A stretch of DNA of 41,860 nt, from the NCBI GenBank assembly GCA_050014375.1, contig JBEKDM010000001.1, forward strand, positions 1 to 41,860. The letters are read 5' to 3'. This document shows, one piece after another, positions 35,906-41,860 of this stretch; positions within the stretch are counted from its first letter, which is position 1; each line of letters begins with the position of its first letter. This DNA is from Methanomassiliicoccales archaeon. Lineage in GTDB: Archaea; Thermoplasmatota; Thermoplasmata; Methanomassiliicoccales; UBA472. Below the pieces are notes generated by a model. The model was not told the DNA's origin. It made no database searches and was given only the letters and a program-made list of their open reading frames with translations. The translations under genes and the position numbers were made by a program.

Positions 35906-38617
35906 TCATAAACTGGCCTCGTTTTCAGTTTCCCTGCTCTGCCCTGGGATATTGACCTTGATGTTCTCTTCATGCACATTTAATACTCTTCGGACCTCAT
36001 CCAGCATATCCCGGATCCCATAGGGTTTCGGGACCATGCCCAAGAATCCATAGTCTTTGTAATTGGCCATCACCGGGTCGTTCGAATATCCGGACGATAC
36101 TATCGCTCGAGCATTCGGGTCCATCTCCAGTAATTTGGAGATGGTCTCCTTTCCGCCCATGCCTCCCCGTATGGTGAGGTCCAAGATCACCACGTGATAA
36201 GGTTCGCCCTCCTCCCAGGCCTTGCTGTAAAGGGTCAAAGCCTCCTCGCCTTTGTACGCGCAATCGACGGTGTAACCGTTCATCCTCAGGAGTTCGCTGC
36301 CAACTTCCAGTATCGGTTCCTCATCGTCCATGATCAAGACCTTACCGAATTCGGTCTCTTTCACATCTTCCCGAGTTGGCTTTGCCTCAATTTTCTCTTC
36401 GGAGGCTGGCAGGTAGATCGTGAAAGTGGTTCCCACCCCTACAACCGAGTCGACGTCTATGAAGCCGTCATGCTTGGATATGATGGAATGGACGATGGTA
36501 AGCCCCAATCCATTGCCGTCCGCCTTCGTGGTGAAGAACGGATCGAAGATCTTGACCAGGATGTCTGGGGGAATGCCCACCCCATTATCCTTGATGGTGA
36601 TCATGACGTATCGACCTACAGGCAAGGGGATATCCGAGTCCTCTTCCAATTCCACGTCCTTGGCCACGATCTGGATGTTGCCTCCTTTTGGCATGGCCTG
36701 TTTGGCATTGATGATCAGGTTGCTGAGGACCTGGAACATCTGCCCCTCATCCGCTTCGACGCAGGACAGGTTCTCTGCAAATTCGAGGGACATCGTGATA
36801 TCCGATCCCCGAAGACCGAATTGTGCCGTCTCCCGTAACAGATTGGACACCGACATGGTCTTCTTGATCGGCTCCCCTCCCTTCGAAAAGGTCAATAGCT
36901 GCTTGGTGAGCTCTGTCGCTTTCATCACCGAATGTTCGGCTTCCTCGAGGCGATGAATGCGCGGGTCGGTCCGGGAAACGGTCTTCCTCATCAGGGTCAA
37001 TGTGCCCATGATCGAAGTGAGATAGTTATTGAAGTCATGGGCGATCCCTCCCGCGAACACGCCGAGGGACTCGATCTTGTCGATCTTATTCAGCCTTTCC
37101 AACAAACGGATCCTGTCTGTGACGTCTCTTCCGACCCACTGGATCTCGATGAGCTTGCCTTCATCCGAGAATACTCCCCTTATTGTCCATTGGAACCATC
37201 GGCTCTCCATGGCCGTTGACCTGAACTCGTGCTCGTGCTCGAAGACCGGTTCCTCCTTGTTCAGTTCCTTGATCCTATGTTGGACCCTGGCTCTCTCGTT
37301 GGGGGGAACTGGAAGGAATTCTCCTAACGGGTACATGCCCGGGTCTGAGCCGTTGGCTGCCTCTTCTTGTTCTGGATAAGATTGTTCTTTGGAGACGCCA
37401 TAGAATCTTAAGAAGGCCGTGTTGGCAAAGGTCACTATACCCTCAGGAGTGGAACGGAAGACCAGCTCGGTCTGGTCCTCGACGACGGCCTTATATCGCC
37501 GTTCGCTCTGCAATAAGTCTCTCTTTGAGGCCTCCAAGCCATCCACCATGCGGTTGATCGAAGCGGCCAAACTTCCGAGGTCGTCATTGGACTTCACCTC
37601 GATCTTCTCTCCTCCACCGCCGTTGTCATCGATCCTCCGGACCCCATCGTTCAGTTTGTCTATTCGAGAGGTGACGAAGAATTGAAGAAGTATGACCGTG
37701 ACAATGAACAGTATTATAGAAAGCATCAACAAAGAGAGCAGGAGCATGATCTCGCTGTTGACGGCTTGTTTGTACAAGGTTCTGTATCCATCCACCTGGA
37801 CTATAAGTGCCGGTTTCTTGTAAAGATCATTGATGACGGTGAGACCGGTGATCTTGTTCTCGCCCATTATCTTGACAGTGGTTCCATGTTCGACCACCTG
37901 GCTCCCGTATTCGCTTACGTTTCCGAAACCGCTTACATAGTCCCCATAGTTGATCAATGTGACCTGGAGCTTCTGGCTCGTCAATTGTTCAGTGATCTGG
38001 TTCTGCAGAGCCTTGTCGATCATCTTGGCCAGTATGAAGACACCAGCCGGATTTCCAGAGTTGTCTCCCGCAATGCTGTGATGGATCGGTCTTGCTGAGA
38101 CCATGTAAGGGGTAGAATCGACCATAATGATGCCTAGGCCTCCGGCCCCCATACCTTGCACCAGAAGATCGCTATGCGTTTTGTCGAGGTGATCGAAGAA
38201 CCCCGTCGGGAGAGCGCGGATACCTCCGTCATAGTACAACCTGGTAATCACATCATAGGTGCTGTTTGTGATTATCACCGCGTTGATCCCCAGATTTTTG
38301 AAGGTGCTCTCTGGAAAGACCATTTTCATGTAATCCGGATTGGTCCCGTTGGCGAAACTGTAGGTCTGATCCCAGTTGGCGTAGCTTCGAGAATTGGAAT
38401 CGAGGGTCTGAAGCTCGTTGTTTAGAAGATATACGGCCTGCTGGGTGTTGATCGTGGCATTGGTGTTCTCCAGATTGTCGAAGTTGTCCACAAGAAGGAC
38501 CGAAGCCACGCTGAAGAAGGCCAGCACTAAGCAAGCAAGGCAGCCTAATGTGATAAGCAGGATCTTTGTTCCGACCTTCATCCCGTCACTCCAAGCAACC
38601 TGTTGAGGCTTTCTCAA
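35906..38617 (-). CDS. Hybrid sensor histidine kinase: TM, extracytoplasmic CHASE4-like domain, TM, HAMP, PAS, HisKA, HATPase, REC
   Basis: 903-aa ORF. ATG 38581 with an upstream GGAGTG is the more likely start than TTG 38617. It has two TM segments, a SYANWDQTYSF CHASE4-like block, and HAMP (DDLGSLAASINRMV). It also has PAS (RYKAVVEDQTELVFR), an H-box (AHDFNNYL) and G-boxes (DNGVGIP, GNGLGL). The C-terminal receiver shows VLIMDDEE and VILDL.I.G. Confidence 0.85.
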   Translation of the reverse strand: MRKPQQVAWSDGMKVGTKILLITLGCLACLVLAFFSVASVLLVDNFDNLENTNATINTQQAVYLLNNELQTLDSNSRSYANWDQTYSFANGTNPDYMKMVFPESTFKNLGINAVIITNSTYDVITRLYYDGGIRALPTGFFDHLDKTHSDLLVQGMGAGGLGIIMVDSTPYMVSARPIHHSIAGDNSGNPAGVFILAKMIDKALQNQITEQLTSQKLQVTLINYGDYVSGFGNVSEYGSQVVEHGTTVKIMGENKITGLTVINDLYKKPALIVQVDGYRTLYKQAVNSEIMLLLSLLMLSIILFIVTVILLQFFVTSRIDKLNDGVRRIDDNGGGGEKIEVKSNDDLGSLAASINRMVDGLEASKRDLLQSERRYKAVVEDQTELVFRSTPEGIVTFANTAFLRFYGVSKEQSYPEQEEAANGSDPGMYPLGEFLPVPPNERARVQHRIKELNKEEPVFEHEHEFRSTAMESRWFQWTIRGVFSDEGKLIEIQWVGRDVTDRIRLLERLNKIDKIESLGVFAGGIAHDFNNYLTSIMGTLTLMRKTVSRTDPRIHRLEEAEHSVMKATELTKQLLTFSKGGEPIKKTMSVSNLLRETAQFGLRGSDITMSLEFAENLSCVEADEGQMFQVLSNLIINAKQAMPKGGNIQIVAKDVELEEDSDIPLPVGRYVMITIKDNGVGIPPDILVKIFDPFFTTKADGNGLGLTIVHSIISKHDGFIDVDSVVGVGTTFTIYLPASEEKIEAKPTREDVKETEFGKVLIMDDEEPILEVGSELLRMNGYTVDCAYKGEEALTLYSKAWEEGEPYHVVILDLTIRGGMGGKETISKLLEMDPNARAIVSSGYSNDPVMANYKDYGFLGMVPKPYGIRDMLDEVRRVLNVHEENIKVNIPGQSRETENEASL

Positions 38618-38851
38618 ATACCGGGATTGAAGTATATCTCTGTGACGGCACCTGAATCATTTTTGATTTTTTATGTATATACAAAATTATATGTCTGGAT
38701 TGTAAATTCTTTTTCTTCATTTCACTGCAGTATACTCATTGTGTGTGTGCCCATATACCGAAATAATTGTACTGTTTCTATATACCATTTAAATGAATAT
38801 TATGGTAAGTTCCTTCGCAATGATTATCTAGACTAGACCTCCAATTTACAG
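38618..38851. promoter_or_regulatory. AT-rich divergent control region between the hybrid kinase and the DUF47-like/PPDK operon
   Basis: This is the most A/T-rich spacer in the window. TATA-like strings are CTATATACC (38778-38786) and TTTAAATGAATATTAT (38788-38803). AGGTG lies 8 nt upstream of ATG 38861. Confidence 0.4.
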
Positions 38852-40813
38852 GTGTTCGATATGGCAGGTAAAAAAGGAATGGTCAAGGAGATCGGTCAAG
38901 AGGAACTCCTATTGCCAGAGCTCCTCAATCAAGCCATAATGGCCAATGACCAGATCAAGTATTACCTGACCCTGCTGCAATCCGCTCAGCAACAGGCCGA
39001 GTTCCCGAACAAGAGATTTAGTACGCTGCGCGAGGAACGAGGGTCTGTTAATGTGGAAGCAGCCAGACTGGATACTGTGATATCCGGTTCGGTCAAGGTG
39101 TCTTCGGACGAATACAGTATTCCACTCGCCGATGAGATCATCGATTCGATCAAGCGCTGCATGGAACAAATGCTCCGTCCCTTGGAAACGATCAACGATC
39201 ATAAATGCGTCGAGATGCATGGACGGGCCCAGCGGCTGCTTGCTGAGCTTCCATTGCACGCCGAGATCGTCCCGATCTCCCTGATCGAGACCATCACTTC
39301 GGGCGAGCGAGGGGGTCAGGACAGCATCCATCTGCTGGTCATGGACCTCCACCGCAGGCTGAACGCGTTGCAGTCTGGCATGGCCCAGGAGGAAATCCAA
39401 GGGGCGAAGGTCTATTTGCTAGGCGATGGCGATAGGGAATTGGTGGCGGCGTTCATGACCGGTGTCAATCGGACCGCGCCATTGAAGTTCGAGCATCCTG
39501 GGCTGGGCACAACCGCTACTCGGGTCGGCGAGAGACTGGTCATCCAGAACGATATCGGTGAGACCGAATCCCATCTGATGATAATCAACATCATCGGCTT
39601 GGATGTTTCGATAGTCCAGACCGACGTGCATATGCCCCGGATCCTGTTCTTCCAGAGTCTGTTGGACCGTTACGAAATGACCTGGGAGGACACATTATCC
39701 CGGTCATCGGGCGGAGAACTGGTCGAAAAAGGACTGTACCATCTGTCCAGGGGACACCACAGTTGTCTGGGCCGAGAGCAGTTGGCAGAGTTCCTCCAGT
39801 TCTTAGGTTCGCGGATCGTCTTTCTGATCGACTGGAACCGGGCCCGGAAGAAGCTCCAGAGCTTTTTGCCCAAGAGTGATGCTATCACCGCCCTGCGGTG
39901 GGCGGCCGAGAAAGAGGTCGGGCACAGGGGCTTCCTAAAGCTTGGCGGTGACCAGCTGATATTCGAAGCACTGGAGATGGCTCCTCGAGTACCACTTCGT
40001 TACGGACAACCTCTCTATCAAGTGCTCGGCCGGGAACGTACGCTGGCGTTCTTCCAGTCGGCCCTGCGGAAGTCGGCCACCGATCTCCTGGCGCAGAAAC
40101 CAATACGCCTGATCCAGGACGAGATCAAGGTCGATTTGCTCAACTACTTCAGACCGGCACCTCAGGAACTGATGTCGTTGTGCATCGGGCATGCCACCTT
40201 GATATTCGAGGTCGGTACGACCCTGAGGGAAGCTATTCATGGCCTGGAGCAAGGGCCCGACCGCCGCCCGGTAGAGAAGGATGCAGACCGGTCCAAGAAG
40301 TGGGAGAAGGAGGCTGACAACATAGTGTCGCGGGTGCGGACACTGGCCAGATCGATCGACGTGGCCGTCCCTTTCGTCGACCTGGTGGTCAATGCCGACG
40401 ATGCCATCGATTTCTTAGAAGAGGCTATGTACCTTGTCACCCTGGCCCCCGAGATCAATCCGAGCCCTGCCTACCAGGAACTGGGGATGCTGGCGGATAT
40501 AGCGGTGGCCTCCTGCCAGGAGTTCATCAAGAGCCTGTACGCCGCGGAACGGGCCTATGACCGCTGTGCCCAGAACGAAATGGTCCAGTTCCTCCATCCG
40601 GTGGACTCGGTCATCGAATTGGAGGAGAAATGCGACCAGGCGTTGCGTCGGGCCATGGCGGTGATCCTCGAAACCTCCACGGACTTCAGGTCCACCATGG
40701 TCGCCGTCGAGGTGGCCCGGAACATCGAGGAGTCCACCAACTCTCTGATGAAAGCAGCCTACCTCCTAAAGGATAATATCTTCGACAGTTTGGGGACTTT
40801 CGAGGTGAGATAA
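38852..40813 (+). CDS. Uncharacterised 650-aa protein: novel N-terminal ~460 aa plus DUF47/PhoU_div-like C-terminal helical domain
   Basis: Long uninterrupted ORF with GTG 38852, or more likely ATG 38861 behind AGGTG. The C-terminal part shows WEKEADNIVSRVRTL, NADDAIDFLEEAMY, VIELEEKCDQALRRAM and VEVARNIEESTNSLMKAAYLL, matching the DUF47 two-repeat pattern. No TM, P-loop or Cys cluster was seen. Confidence 0.75.
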   Translation: MFDMAGKKGMVKEIGQEELLLPELLNQAIMANDQIKYYLTLLQSAQQQAEFPNKRFSTLREERGSVNVEAARLDTVISGSVKVSSDEYSIPLADEIIDSIKRCMEQMLRPLETINDHKCVEMHGRAQRLLAELPLHAEIVPISLIETITSGERGGQDSIHLLVMDLHRRLNALQSGMAQEEIQGAKVYLLGDGDRELVAAFMTGVNRTAPLKFEHPGLGTTATRVGERLVIQNDIGETESHLMIINIIGLDVSIVQTDVHMPRILFFQSLLDRYEMTWEDTLSRSSGGELVEKGLYHLSRGHHSCLGREQLAEFLQFLGSRIVFLIDWNRARKKLQSFLPKSDAITALRWAAEKEVGHRGFLKLGGDQLIFEALEMAPRVPLRYGQPLYQVLGRERTLAFFQSALRKSATDLLAQKPIRLIQDEIKVDLLNYFRPAPQELMSLCIGHATLIFEVGTTLREAIHGLEQGPDRRPVEKDADRSKKWEKEADNIVSRVRTLARSIDVAVPFVDLVVNADDAIDFLEEAMYLVTLAPEINPSPAYQELGMLADIAVASCQEFIKSLYAAERAYDRCAQNEMVQFLHPVDSVIELEEKCDQALRRAMAVILETSTDFRSTMVAVEVARNIEESTNSLMKAAYLLKDNIFDSLGTFEVR

Positions 40814-40824
40814 CGGAAAAGAGG

Positions 40825-41860
40825 ATGGTATTTCTTGGTGCAGGACGCAAGGAATCGGTCCCAGCAGAGCTGTTCGGGAACAAGGCATCGATGCTGTCCC
40901 GGATATCATCTCTCTCCATCCGCATTCCTCCGGCCTTCGTCCTAGGGGTATCGATCTGTGAGGATTACTATGCCAACCACAGAAAACTGCCGCCCGATGT
41001 GCAAGAGCTCCTGCATGAAGGCATCGGTTACCTCGAGGAAGCGTCCGGGAAGCGTTTCAATGATCCGAGTAGGCCCTTGCTGGTCTCGGTCCGTTCCGGA
41101 GCCCCGGTGTCCATGCCCGGGATGATGTCCACCATCCTGAACGTTGGCCTGACCCGGAGCGGGGTTGAGGGGCTGATCGCCCAATCCGGCAACCCCCGGT
41201 TCGGCTGGGATTGTTATCGCCGTTTGATCGCCTCCTACGGCGAGGGGGTCGGCAGTCATGATAAACGTGTTTACGACAGGCTCATGGCGGGGCGGATGAA
41301 AAGTCTGGGGCTGATCGACGAGACGGAGCTGGACTCATTCTCTCTCATGTCGCTGGCCGGGGAATATGAGGACATGTTCGGCCGATTGAGGGGAGATCCA
41401 TTCCCTCAGGAACCGGAACAGCAGCTGACCACGGCAGTCACCTCGGTCCTCGACTCCTGGTCCGGTCCTCGCGCGGAGAATTACCGGAATATGAAACTGG
41501 TAAATGGGGCGAAGGGGACGGCGGTGACCGTTCAGACAATGGTGTTCGGAAACATGGGTTCCCTCTCCGGTTCCGGAGTGGCGTTCACCCGGAACCCGCT
41601 CACCGGTGCGAACGAGACTGTGGTCGATTTCCGGTTCGGGGTCCAGGGGGAAGACGTGGTCTCAGGGGAACAGGAAGCGGACCAGGAGCCCATGTTCCGG
41701 AAACTGTTGCCCCAGGTGCACAAGGAGCTTCTCCGGGCGGGAAAGGAACTGGAGGCCGATCTAAAGGACATGCAGGACATCGAGTTCACGGTGCAGGAGG
41801 GAGAGCTCTATCTCCTGCAGACCCGCGACGGAAAACTGTCTCCCTTGGCGGCTTTGAAGA
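40825..41860 (+). CDS. ppdK: Pyruvate phosphate dikinase-type enzyme, N-terminal ATP-grasp/nucleotide-binding region (3'-partial, runs off window)
   Basis: This ORF is absent from the ORF track because it has no stop in the window. I translated it by hand from ATG 40825: MVFLGAGRKES...PLLVSVRSGAPVSMPGMMSTILNVGL...GNPRFGWDCYRRLI...GTAVTVQTMVFGNMG..SGSGVAFTRNP...GEDVVSG...DMQDIEFTVQEGELYLLQTRDGK. GGAAAAGAGG precedes the ATG. Confidence 0.85.
   Translation, partial: MVFLGAGRKESVPAELFGNKASMLSRISSLSIRIPPAFVLGVSICEDYYANHRKLPPDVQELLHEGIGYLEEASGKRFNDPSRPLLVSVRSGAPVSMPGMMSTILNVGLTRSGVEGLIAQSGNPRFGWDCYRRLIASYGEGVGSHDKRVYDRLMAGRMKSLGLIDETELDSFSLMSLAGEYEDMFGRLRGDPFPQEPEQQLTTAVTSVLDSWSGPRAENYRNMKLVNGAKGTAVTVQTMVFGNMGSLSGSGVAFTRNPLTGANETVVDFRFGVQGEDVVSGEQEADQEPMFRKLLPQVHKELLRAGKELEADLKDMQDIEFTVQEGELYLLQTRDGKLSPLAALK

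Overview
This looks like an archaeal chromosomal window. It carries archaea-specific genes: ADH synthase plus type II dehydroquinate synthase, a GHMP-type shikimate kinase, pelota, and the COG1900/NIL-ferredoxin homocysteine genes. TATA-like boxes sit about 25-35 nt upstream of several start codons. A high-GC methanogen or Thermoplasmata-type host is my inference only.

Layout:
(i) Two tandem flavin-reductase-like genes (8-1163, plus strand).
(ii) One 19.5-kb minus-strand array of 22 tightly coupled genes (21026 down to 1517): ADH synthase, DHQ synthase II, aroD-aroE fusion, archaeal shikimate kinase, aroA, aroC, chorismate mutase/prephenate dehydrogenase, asd, COG1900, NIL-ferredoxin, UPF0280/COG2122, a zinc-ribbon membrane protein, hisG-C-H-A-B-F-IE, a PHP phosphoesterase, aspartate kinase and pheA.
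(iii) A divergent ACT-domain regulator plus EamA transporter.
(iv) carAB.
(v) pelota.
(vi) A short homocitrate/isopropylmalate-synthase-like gene with aconitase-type large and small dehydratase subunits.
(vii) A visibly lower-GC signalling block (about 31.9-38.9 kb): a REC gene and a PAS kinase that look like one gene split by a frameshift, two flavodoxin-like genes, an orphan PstS-like binding protein and a CHASE4-like hybrid kinase.
(viii) A roughly 650-aa uncharacterised protein with a DUF47/PhoU-like C-terminus, coupled to a divergent pyruvate phosphate dikinase that runs off the window. This pair is my best candidate for an undescribed system.

I recognised no rRNA, tRNA, CRISPR array, transposase or integrase. 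All family calls come from motif recognition by eye. No searches or computations were run.
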